This document shows, in pieces, positions 9,895-19,100 of a DNA stretch of 64,000 nt. The notes below the pieces were generated by a model. The model ran no database searches. It worked only from the letters and a program-made list of their open reading frames with translations, and was not told the origin of the DNA. This DNA is from an uncultured Prolixibacteraceae bacterium (GTDB lineage: Bacteria > Bacteroidota > Bacteroidia > Bacteroidales > FEN-979): NCBI GenBank assembly GCA_964616825.1, contig CAZTSX010000002.1:79811-143810 (forward strand), read 5' to 3'. Position 1 is the first letter of the stretch. Each line of letters starts with the position of its first letter. Made by a program: the position numbers and the translations under genes.

Positions 9895-10734
9895 ATGCAA
9901 TACGACCCGATAAAACGTTCTCTGGGAGCCGCCTTCAACAAAACCCCGTTGATGCGGATTCTTTTCTACAAACTGCTGGACCTCCTCTTGCTTCGCACCT
10001 GGCATGTCAGAAAAGCTATCCGCCACTGGCATCGAGCATCGAGTATCGAGCATCCAGGATCCAGCATCCGGCATCCGGCATCGAAGTTTCTTGACGCCGG
10101 TTCAGGTTTTGGACAGTACACCTATTACCTGTCAGGATTAGGGAAGAACATCCATATAGATGCCATCGATGTGAAACAAGAGCAGATTGCGGATTGTAAA
10201 CGGTTTTTTTCACAGATAGGCAGAGAGAATGTAACGTTTGACGTGGCGGACCTGACTGCATACAGGAAACCGGAAGCCTACGATCTGATCCTATCAGTCG
10301 ATGTGATGGAACATATCATGGAAGATGAATTGGTCTTCCGGAACTTTCATGAATCGCTCAAACCGGGAGGAATGGTTCTGATCTCCACCCCATCTGACCA
10401 GGGGGGATCTGAAGTTCATAACCACGATCAGGATAGTTCATTTATCGATGAGCATGTGCGGGATGGATATGGAGTAACTGATATTCAGGAGAAACTTAAG
10501 CGAGCCGGTTTTCATGAGGTGGAAGTGCATTACACCTATGGAAAACCCGGACAGATCGGCTGGAAGCTCTCAATGAAGTATCCGATCCTGATGCTGAATG
10601 CCTCCAAAATTTTCTTCCTGCTGTTGCCGTTTTATTACATACTGACCTATCCGGCAGCCCTCATTTGTAACGCCCTGGATCTATGGCTGAAACACAAAAC
10701 CGGAACCGGTTTAATCGTAAAAGCATGGAAGTAG
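9895..10734 (+). CDS. class I SAM-dependent methyltransferase
   Basis: SAM-binding motif I LDAGSGFGQYTYYL, acidic DVADL, motif LILSVDVMEHI, LKPGGMVLIS. The N-terminal region contains the heptamer array at 10030-10085. Confidence 0.8.
   Translation: MQYDPIKRSLGAAFNKTPLMRILFYKLLDLLLLRTWHVRKAIRHWHRASSIEHPGSSIRHPASKFLDAGSGFGQYTYYLSGLGKNIHIDAIDVKQEQIADCKRFFSQIGRENVTFDVADLTAYRKPEAYDLILSVDVMEHIMEDELVFRNFHESLKPGGMVLISTPSDQGGSEVHNHDQDSSFIDEHVRDGYGVTDIQEKLKRAGFHEVEVHYTYGKPGQIGWKLSMKYPILMLNASKIFFLLLPFYYILTYPAALICNALDLWLKHKTGTGLIVKAWK
10030..10085 (+). repeat. heptamer array, CATCSRG family (8 units)
   Basis: CATCGAG CATCGAG TATCGAG CATCCAG GATCCAG CATCCGG CATCCGG CATCGAA, read in the CDS as HRASSIEHPGSSIRHPAS. 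Confidence 0.9.
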
Positions 10735-10738
10735 GGAT

Positions 10739-10770
10739 GGTGAGAGGGTGACAAGGTAACAAGGTGACAA
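10739..10770 (-). repeat. octamer array GGTGAGAG GGTGACAA GGTAACAA GGTGACAA (TCACC-type units on minus strand)
   Basis: Four 8-bp units read directly, just after the methyltransferase stop (10732-10734). Confidence 0.8.
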
Positions 10771-10801
10771 CGCAAAAAGAAATAACGAAATTTTGGAATC
10801 C

Positions 10802-10844
10802 ATGGCAATACAATGGCAATTTATGGCAATACAATGGCAATAAT
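10802..10844 (+). repeat. four ATGGCAAT boxes spaced 11, 10 and 11 bp
   Basis: ATGGCAAT at 10802, 10813, 10823 and 10834. The array ends 10 nt before the TTG start of the LolE-like gene. Confidence 0.85.
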
Positions 10845-10853
10845 ACTTAAACC

Positions 10854-12089
10854 TTGAACTTCTCCTTCTACATAGCCAAGCGGTACTTCAAATCGAAGAA
10901 ATCACACAACGTGATCAATATCATCTCGATGATCTCTGTGATAGGAGTAACCATTGGCACGATGGCGCTGATCATCGTTCTCTCTGTCTTTAACGGCTTC
11001 GAGAAGCTCGTCGTTTCTCTCTTCGACTCGTTTAATCCTGATATTCAAATCACGCTCCGGGAAGGGAAAATATTTCCGGATACAGATATACCACAGAGCC
11101 TGCTGAAGGAGATCCCGGGAGTGGTTTATCTGACGGAGGTGATGGAGGAGAATGCCTTGATGCGATACAAAGACAAACAAACCATCGTCACATTAAAGGG
11201 AGTAGGACCCGATTTTCAACGGATGACAGGTGTCGACACCATGATGGTAGAGGGGCACTTCCTGCTCCGGAGGGAAGATAAAAATTTCGCTGTGCTGGGC
11301 TATGGTGTAGCCTACTACCTCAACGCCAATCTGGACGACTACCTCAATCCCATCACCGTATTTGTCCCTTCCCGCACGGGCCGGATTGGGGGTTCCCTGG
11401 AGCAGGCCTTCAGCCAGGAACGTATCTTTCCTGCCGGTTTTTTCTCTATCCAGCAGGACTTCGATATGAAATACGCCATCATGCCACTCAGGTTTGTCAG
11501 AAATCTGCTTGATTACACTAACGAGATCACTGCTATCGAGATCAAGCTTCAGGATGGTACTGACCACAACAAGGTACAGCAGCAGATCGAGGCTGCAGTA
11601 GGCGATAAGTTTGTTGTGAAAAACAGGTTTCAACAACAGGAACTTCTATACAACATTATGAAGTCGGAGAAATGGGCTATATTCCTTATCCTCGCATTCA
11701 TTCTTCTGCTGGCTACGTTCAATGTGGTTGGCTCTCTCTCCATGTTGATCCTCGATAAGAAGAAAGATATTGCTGTTCTGCAAAGTATGGGAGCCAGCCG
11801 GAAACTGATCAAACGGATCTTCATGACTGAAGGCATGATGATCTCCTTGATCGGGGCCGTTACCGGCATGATCATTGGAGGAGTCATCTGCTGGCTTCAA
11901 CAAGTCTTTGGGTTGATCCGGATGGGTGGCCCCGACAGCACCTTTGTCGTCGATAGTTATCCCGTTCAAATGCAACCTCTCGATTTCATTCTTGTCTTTT
12001 TAACAGTGGTGCTGATTGGATATCTGGCTGCCTGGTACCCGGTATATAACATCCGGAAAATCAATACGTCACTTGTTAAACTTGATTAA
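10854..12089 (+). CDS. FtsX/LolE-family ABC transporter permease
   Basis: N-terminus FSFYIAKRYFKSKKSHNVINIISMISVIGV, one TM, a ~230-aa periplasmic loop, then three C-terminal TM helices (MacB/LolE topology). TTG start. Confidence 0.85.
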   Translation: MNFSFYIAKRYFKSKKSHNVINIISMISVIGVTIGTMALIIVLSVFNGFEKLVVSLFDSFNPDIQITLREGKIFPDTDIPQSLLKEIPGVVYLTEVMEENALMRYKDKQTIVTLKGVGPDFQRMTGVDTMMVEGHFLLRREDKNFAVLGYGVAYYLNANLDDYLNPITVFVPSRTGRIGGSLEQAFSQERIFPAGFFSIQQDFDMKYAIMPLRFVRNLLDYTNEITAIEIKLQDGTDHNKVQQQIEAAVGDKFVVKNRFQQQELLYNIMKSEKWAIFLILAFILLLATFNVVGSLSMLILDKKKDIAVLQSMGASRKLIKRIFMTEGMMISLIGAVTGMIIGGVICWLQQVFGLIRMGGPDSTFVVDSYPVQMQPLDFILVFLTVVLIGYLAAWYPVYNIRKINTSLVKLD

Positions 12090-12160
12090 TATATTCAATA
12101 ACCAACCATTCATGGTTAATAAATGTCTGATAAATAACAGATAACATCTAACTTTTTTAA

Positions 12161-12168
12161 TAACTTTG
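12161..12168 (+). promoter_or_regulatory. candidate -7 promoter element (TAACTTTG)
   Basis: Perfect TAnnTTTG 55 nt upstream of ATG 12223. No clear -33 TTTG. Confidence 0.3.
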
Positions 12169-12222
12169 ACGTTTTTACAGATATATACATATATAGAAGG
12201 AACTCTGATTAAATACGAGATT

Positions 12223-15200
12223 ATGATGAACTTTCTACTCACAAGGCGTGCTGTAGCATTAATGTTGTTTTGCATGCCGTTGTTGCTTTTTGCCGGAGAG
12301 ATCCGGATCAATTCCGGAAAAACAGAACTACACTTGACTACCAATACCTATCACCAGTTATCATTTACAAGCCATGTTTCCTCCATTCAGTTTCGGGATA
12401 TCCAGACAAAACTGGGCGATTTTACGGAGTTGTTTGTGCTTGGCTATGGATACAGCAGTGAAATAGGTGATCCGAAACTCCCTGTAAACAGGAAGTTGAT
12501 TGAGATTCCGATGGATGGAACCGTGGAGGTCCAGATCATCAACGCCGAGTTTACCGATTATTCCCTGGCAGGCTCCGGCATTAATTTCCGGATCATTCCA
12601 CAGCAACCCTCTTTGAGTAAAGCGATCACCGACCCCGAAGAGATTCCTTTTGTGATCAACGATGAGAGCTATCTTAAGAATGAGTTTCTGGGTGGTCCCC
12701 TGGTGTCCGTTACCCCGGTTGGAATCATGCGTGCAGTGAACCTGGCACGACTGGATATTTCCCCTGTGAAATATAACCCGGTTACAGGAACGTTACGAAT
12801 ATACAAGAATATTGAGGCAAAGATAAGCTTCACTAACGGGAATGAACAGGCTGCGATTGCCCGGAAGCAAGCGCTATTCTCACCCTATTTTGATAACATA
12901 TACAACCAGCTGGCCAATTACAAACACCTCACCGACGAATTGATCACTACTGCCCCGGTGACCTATATCATTGTAGCAGATCCTATGTTTGAGGATGCCC
13001 TGCAGCCTTTTATCGACTGGAAGAGTCGCAAAGGATTCAAAGTGGTTGAAGCCTATACGGATGATCCCACAGTAGGAACCTCAACCACATCCATCAGCAA
13101 TTACCTTGAAGATTTTTATACAAACCCTCCTGCAGGATATGAACCTCAGAGTTTTATCCTCTTTGTTGGTGATGTGCCCCAAATCCCCGCATTCAACGGA
13201 ACAGCCGGAAACCACCCGACGGATCTGTACTATTGTGAATATACCGGCGATAAAATCCCCGAATGTTATTATGGACGTTTTTCAGCAAACAACCTCGTCC
13301 AATTACAGCCTCAGATCGACAAAACACTTGAATACGAGCAGTACCTCTTCCCGGATGAAGTGTTCCTTGGTGAAGCAGTAATGGTTGCAGGATATGATGC
13401 CGGTGGCGCCGGGCTTACCTATGGAAACGGACAGATAAACTATGGAACCGAGAATTATTTCAATACCGCACACGGGATACTCTCTCACACCTATTTACAG
13501 CCGGAACCAGGAGGAGCGAACTATTCCGCCCAGATCAAACAAAATGTTTCTGATGGGGTTACCTATGCGAACTATACAGCCCATTGCGGCACTACAGGCT
13601 GGTCGAATCCCTCGTTTAAAATCAGCGATATTTCCAATCTGCAGAACGAAAATATGTATTGCCTGATGGTTGGGAATTGTTGCCTGAGTAATAAATTTAG
13701 TGGGATCTGTTTGGGCGAAGAACTATTGCGTGCTGAAAATAAAGGTGCACTGGGTTATATTGGAGGAACCAATAACACCATGTGGAATGAAGATTTCTGG
13801 TGGGCGGTCGGATTTGAAGCGATCTCAACCAATCCGCCTTATAACCCCAATCACCTGGGAGCCTATGATGTGACCTTTCACGACCATGGTGAGGCTATGG
13901 AAGACTGGTTTGTAACTCAGGGCCAGATGTTCGTCGGCGGGAATCTGGCTGTGGAGCAATCCAGCACCAGTACCAGTACTAAAACCTATTACTGGGAGAT
14001 CTATCACCTGATGGGAGATCCTTCACTGATGGTTTATATGGGAATACCCCCGGAATTGACAACTGTTTACCCGAATGAACTTCTAGTCGGATCCACCTCT
14101 GTAGATATCACAACCGAACCCTATGCTTATATCGGGCTCTCAAAAGATGGAGATACATATATCTCTTCAGCCTGCGCAGATTCCTCAGGCGATGCCACGC
14201 TTACCTTTGACGCGTTAACCGACCCCGGTTATATTGGGGTCGTTATCACCAAACAGAATTTCAAACCGCATATCGATTCCATTCAGATCATTCCCGCGGT
14301 AGGTCCCTACGTGACATTGACCTCTTTTATCGTGAATGATTCAATAGGCGGTAATAACAACGGCAATGCCGATTTCAGTGAAGATATTCTCCTTGGCCTG
14401 GAAGTCAGCAACATTGGCGTGGAACCTGCCTTGAACGTTACAGCTACGTTAACTTCCACCGATACCAATGTTGTCATTACAAACAACAACTGTGTCATCG
14501 ACTCTATCCCGGCAGGTGGGATCACGATCTGCCCGGATGCGTTTGCATTAACTGTGAATGATTTTGTAGAGGACCAGCATGTAGTGTTCTGTGAAGTCGT
14601 CTTTGAGGACGGGAATAATACCTGGACATCTCCGCTATTACTTACCCTGAATGCACCGGTACTTGTGGTGAATAATATTACGGTAATTGACCCGGCTCCT
14701 GGTGGGAATAATAATGGTGAGCTCGATCCGGGTGAAAATGCAATATTGCGGGTAACTACCAGAAATGAGGGCCATGCTGTTGTTGGAAATGGGCTTGGTC
14801 ACATGACCGTTCAACCGGAATCATCCCCATTTATTATTGTCAATGCACCAAATTGCCTGATAGGGGACTTCCCGCTAAATATCGATATTGAGGTTGATTT
14901 CCCTGTAGAAACCAACGGAATCACCCCGATCGGAACAATTGTCACCCTGGATTACAACGAAACTGCAGGAATGCAGAATCAATTTACTGCTCAGGAACAG
15001 TTTGCGATTGAGATTGGCGCCCTGGCTGTATTCACGATGCAAAATGGCTCTGAGAACACTTGCGGTGCACGTTTCTATGATTCTGGAGGTGAGTTTTTAC
15101 CTTACAGTAACAATGAGTATTTCACCATGACATTCTTTCCGTCTACTGCCGGGGCAATGCTGAAAGTTGACTTCACAGAATTTGTTTTGGAACCATCGGC

Positions 15201-16137
15201 CAACTGTAATTATGATTATCTGGCTATTTATGACGGGAACACCACACTGGCTCCACAGATCGGAAAATTTTGCGGAACTGACTCCCCGGGCTTGATTGAA
15301 TCCACAGCTGCGGATGGTTCACTAACATTTAAATTTGTTTCCGATTATTCTGAAATTTACCCTGGTTGGGAAGCTGTTATAAGTTGTGCAGGAGGTCCTC
15401 TTACACTCATGGCCAACGCATTCCCATCATCGGTTTGCCTTGGATCATCCTCCCGCCTGTCAGCAATCCCTTCAGGTGGAACAGGAACATATACCTACCT
15501 GTGGGAACCGGCTACCTATCTTGATGATCCAACCAGTCAGTTCCCATTATGTATACCTGACGCCAACATTACCTACACCGTAACCGTTAATGATGGCAAT
15601 GAAACCCTCGTCTCAGATCCTGTAGAAGTTACAGTTCTGCCTATACCGGATGCAGCCATAATTACTCTGAATGGAGACCTCCTTGTGTCGAGTGTCATTG
15701 ACGGAAACCAATGGTATTACTATGGAGCTGTGATCCCCGGAGCCAACCAGGCTACATACCAGCCTACGCTTACAGGGGAGTATTATGTTACAATTACCGA
15801 TGAAATCACAGGGTGTGAGTCAGATCCATCCAACACCATCTACTATCTCTTTGCCTCAATCGACCAGAAGGGTGCTGAGAGATTGATACATGTCTACCCC
15901 AACCCATTCACCGACCGGTTGAATATCACCTTTAACCTGACTGAACCCGCTGCCGTTAGAATCATTCTGACAGATTCATTTGGGAGGTTGATCAGGGTGA
16001 TGAAAGACCACTCTTCAGTTGCTGCCGGTCAGCATTCCATTACGTTGGAGAGCGGCAACATGCAGCCCGGAATGTATTACTGCCGGATCCAGACAAATGC
16101 CTATACCGTAATCCGAAAAGTTATTCTAACCAGATAA
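12223..16137 (+). CDS. gingipain-like peptidase C25 with CUB domain, T9SS cargo
   Basis: Start moved to ATG 12223 (MMNFLLTRRAVALMLFCMPLLLFAGE signal). C25 propeptide and catalytic domain (YIIVADPMFEDALQPFIDWKSRKGFKV, ILFVGDVPQIPAF, His context YTAHCGTTGW, Cys context MVGNCCLSNKF). CARDB-like domains. CUB domain at 15061-15387. T9SS CTD (HVYPNPFTDRLNITFNL...MYYCRIQT). Confidence 0.9.
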   Translation: MMNFLLTRRAVALMLFCMPLLLFAGEIRINSGKTELHLTTNTYHQLSFTSHVSSIQFRDIQTKLGDFTELFVLGYGYSSEIGDPKLPVNRKLIEIPMDGTVEVQIINAEFTDYSLAGSGINFRIIPQQPSLSKAITDPEEIPFVINDESYLKNEFLGGPLVSVTPVGIMRAVNLARLDISPVKYNPVTGTLRIYKNIEAKISFTNGNEQAAIARKQALFSPYFDNIYNQLANYKHLTDELITTAPVTYIIVADPMFEDALQPFIDWKSRKGFKVVEAYTDDPTVGTSTTSISNYLEDFYTNPPAGYEPQSFILFVGDVPQIPAFNGTAGNHPTDLYYCEYTGDKIPECYYGRFSANNLVQLQPQIDKTLEYEQYLFPDEVFLGEAVMVAGYDAGGAGLTYGNGQINYGTENYFNTAHGILSHTYLQPEPGGANYSAQIKQNVSDGVTYANYTAHCGTTGWSNPSFKISDISNLQNENMYCLMVGNCCLSNKFSGICLGEELLRAENKGALGYIGGTNNTMWNEDFWWAVGFEAISTNPPYNPNHLGAYDVTFHDHGEAMEDWFVTQGQMFVGGNLAVEQSSTSTSTKTYYWEIYHLMGDPSLMVYMGIPPELTTVYPNELLVGSTSVDITTEPYAYIGLSKDGDTYISSACADSSGDATLTFDALTDPGYIGVVITKQNFKPHIDSIQIIPAVGPYVTLTSFIVNDSIGGNNNGNADFSEDILLGLEVSNIGVEPALNVTATLTSTDTNVVITNNNCVIDSIPAGGITICPDAFALTVNDFVEDQHVVFCEVVFEDGNNTWTSPLLLTLNAPVLVVNNITVIDPAPGGNNNGELDPGENAILRVTTRNEGHAVVGNGLGHMTVQPESSPFIIVNAPNCLIGDFPLNIDIEVDFPVETNGITPIGTIVTLDYNETAGMQNQFTAQEQFAIEIGALAVFTMQNGSENTCGARFYDSGGEFLPYSNNEYFTMTFFPSTAGAMLKVDFTEFVLEPSANCNYDYLAIYDGNTTLAPQIGKFCGTDSPGLIESTAADGSLTFKFVSDYSEIYPGWEAVISCAGGPLTLMANAFPSSVCLGSSSRLSAIPSGGTGTYTYLWEPATYLDDPTSQFPLCIPDANITYTVTVNDGNETLVSDPVEVTVLPIPDAAIITLNGDLLVSSVIDGNQWYYYGAVIPGANQATYQPTLTGEYYVTITDEITGCESDPSNTIYYLFASIDQKGAERLIHVYPNPFTDRLNITFNLTEPAAVRIILTDSFGRLIRVMKDHSSVAAGQHSITLESGNMQPGMYYCRIQTNAYTVIRKVILTR

Positions 16138-16173
16138 AAACAGAAACCCAATAGAATCAGAACCATCATCAAA

Positions 16174-19100
16174 ATGAAAAAGATTTTAACAATTGTTTTC
16201 ATACTGGCAATCAGCTTTGCCGGTATCAGTGCCAACTGGGTTGAGATCAATTCCGCTGATCCTGTCCCGGCAAAAACCACACTGGTCGCATCGAACATTG
16301 ATCAGTCAACCCTTACATTTACGCTGGGTGGTTTTTACCTCAATGAGGTCACAACAACCCGGGGAGATGCATTTATCCCTTATGTTGAAGAAGGCTCTTT
16401 CATGCTGGAAGCAGGATCACCCGATCTTCCGAAACTGACATCCACCCTGATCATTCCTGATCTGGCTGGTATGAAGGTAAAGATCATCTCCTCCAGCTAT
16501 CAGGATTATCCCAATATGGAGATCGCTCCATCGAAAGGAAACCTATTGAGAACAGTCGATCCCGCTACGGTTCCATACACCTATGGAGAGGTGTACCAGA
16601 CCAGCGAGTTTTTTCCGGGGAATCTGGCCGGAACCCGTGATCCGTTCATCGCCAGAGACCTGAGAGGGCAAACGCTGATCGTAAACCCATTCCAGTACAA
16701 TCCGGTGACTAAAACACTGCGTGTTTATCATGAGATAACAGTTGAGTTGTATAAGACAAGTGAGCTGGGAGTTAATCCGCTTACTCGAAAGAGTGAAGAG
16801 ATCAGACTTAGTGAAGAGTGGATCCAAATCTACTCCAATGAGTTTGTGAATTTCGATGCGATTACCTACACACCGCTTGACGAGTATGGAAACTTACTGA
16901 TCATTTGTCACGGTCCATTTATGGATGCCATGCAACCATATGTTGACTGGAAGACCTCTATTGGTTATCCTACTGAGATTATAGATGTGGCTACAATTGG
17001 TAGCACAGCAGGTGTAATCAAGGATTATATTGCAGATTATTACAATACAAATGGATTGAGTTTTGTCCTGCTGGTGGGTGATGGTCCTCAGATTCCTACC
17101 AACACAGGTGGCGGACTGGGAGGCCCGTCTGATAATGCGTATGGCTATATCGATGGAAATGATCACTACCAGGAGTTGTTTGTAGGGCGGTTTTCTGCCG
17201 AATCGATTGCCCAGGTGGAAACCCAGGTTACCCGGACAATTAATTACGAGCAGGATCCCCAGTTATTAACAGATGACTGGTACACAAGTGTCATTGGAAT
17301 AGCCTCTAATCAGGGCCCGGGTGATGATGGAGAATATGATTATGTGCACGTTCGTAATATGCAGGACGATTGCCTCAATTTTACCTACACCTGGAATCCG
17401 GAATATTTTGATGGTTCGCAGGGTGGAAATGATGCTCCCGGAAACCCATCTGCGGCCTCTGTTGGCGCTGGTGTGGATGAAGGAGCCAGCCTGATAGTCT
17501 ATACCGGCCATGGAAGCAATACCACGTGGGTTACCTCCGGATTCAATAATAACAATGTTAACAACCTGACTAACCAGGATAAACTTCCCTTTATCTGGTC
17601 TGTTGCCTGTGTAAACGGGAATTTTCAGAATATCACCTGTTTCGCTGAAGCCTGGCTACGGGCTACCGATAATGGAGAACCTACCGGAGCTGTTGCTTTC
17701 CTCGGATCCACCATAAACCAGAGCTGGAATCCGCCAATGGAGGGACAGGATGAGATGGTAGACCTCCTGGTCGAAACCTATTCTGACAATATCAAACGCA
17801 CATTTGCCGGATTATCCATCAATGGATGCTTTCAAATGAACGACACCTACGGTGGTGGAGGAGATGACATGACAGATACCTGGACAGTTTTTGGGGATCC
17901 AACGCTTTTTGTCCGGACTGATAACCCCGGAACTATGACTGTAACTCACGATCCTACATTATTTGTCGGCTCCACAACACTTGATGTTGATTGTAATGTA
18001 GATGGTGCCAGAGCAACGGCCTCATTAAACGGATCCATTCTGGCTACTGACATTGTGACTGGTGGTGGAGTCACCCTGGTATTTCCGGCATTAACAAATC
18101 TTTCAGATACTGTTCGCCTGGTGGTAACAGCCTTTAACTACATTCCTTACATAGCCGATATCCCGGTCATCACAGCCAACGGGCCATACATCCAGTATAT
18201 CAGTAATACGGTGAACGACCAGGGCGGGAACAGCGACCAGTTGGTAGATTATGGGGAGGATATCTTCCTGACAGTTGCATTGAAGAACCTGGGTGTGGCA
18301 GCTACCGAAAACCTCGAAGTAGAAGTGATTACAGCCCTTCCATATATCAACCAAACGGATTACACAGAGAATTACGGAGTCGTCCAGCCTGATGAGATCA
18401 AGGAGATCCCTGACGCATACTTTTTCGAAGTTTCCGGCAACATTCCCGATGGTGAAAATATTGAATTTGAGATGACTGCTATGGATGGAGCCCAAACCTG
18501 GACCTCTACATTCAACATTATAGCTCATGCTCCAAACCTGCAGCTAATTGGTAATGAGGTGCTTGATCCATCCGGCAATAATAACGGGCGCCTTGATCCT
18601 GGTGAGACTGCAGACCTGGTACTGACAATGAAAAACAACGGATCAGCTGATGCATACAACGTCGTCGGCGACCTGATCTCAATCAGTCCGTATGTGACGG
18701 TTACGTCAGATTTGAAAAACTTTGGAAACCTGGCAAGTGGCGATTCTACCTCACAAACCTATGCAGTGAATGTAGATCCGGGTGCACCATTAGGCCAAAC
18801 GGCTCCATTCCTGCTGGCAATCTCTGCCGACCGGAATCTGACATCAGTAATTACCTTTAACCTGACCATCGGAAACACACCAGTACTTGTTATCGACTTT
18901 GACGGTAACCTGAACTCAGGTCAGCATATGACAGATGCAGTATCCTCATTGGGTTTGCTGAATGATTATGATATGGCGATGCCGAATGAGATAGAAGGCT
19001 ACTCTGCTGTCTTTGTCTGTCTGGGTATTTATCCCGATAAACATATACTGACTTCCGAAGAAGGAAACCGGATAAAGAGTTTCCTGGATGAAGGTGGACG

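Noticed and set aside
9849-10261. ORFs generated by the stop-free repeats: 9849..10094, 10016..10261 (minus), 32563..32772, 32394..32621 (minus), 51667..51930 (minus).
   Set aside because: Their length comes from arrays that lack stops in all frames. The translations are repeat peptides (HPASGIEVS, MLDARCSMLDARCS) fused to off-frame sequence of neighbouring genes.
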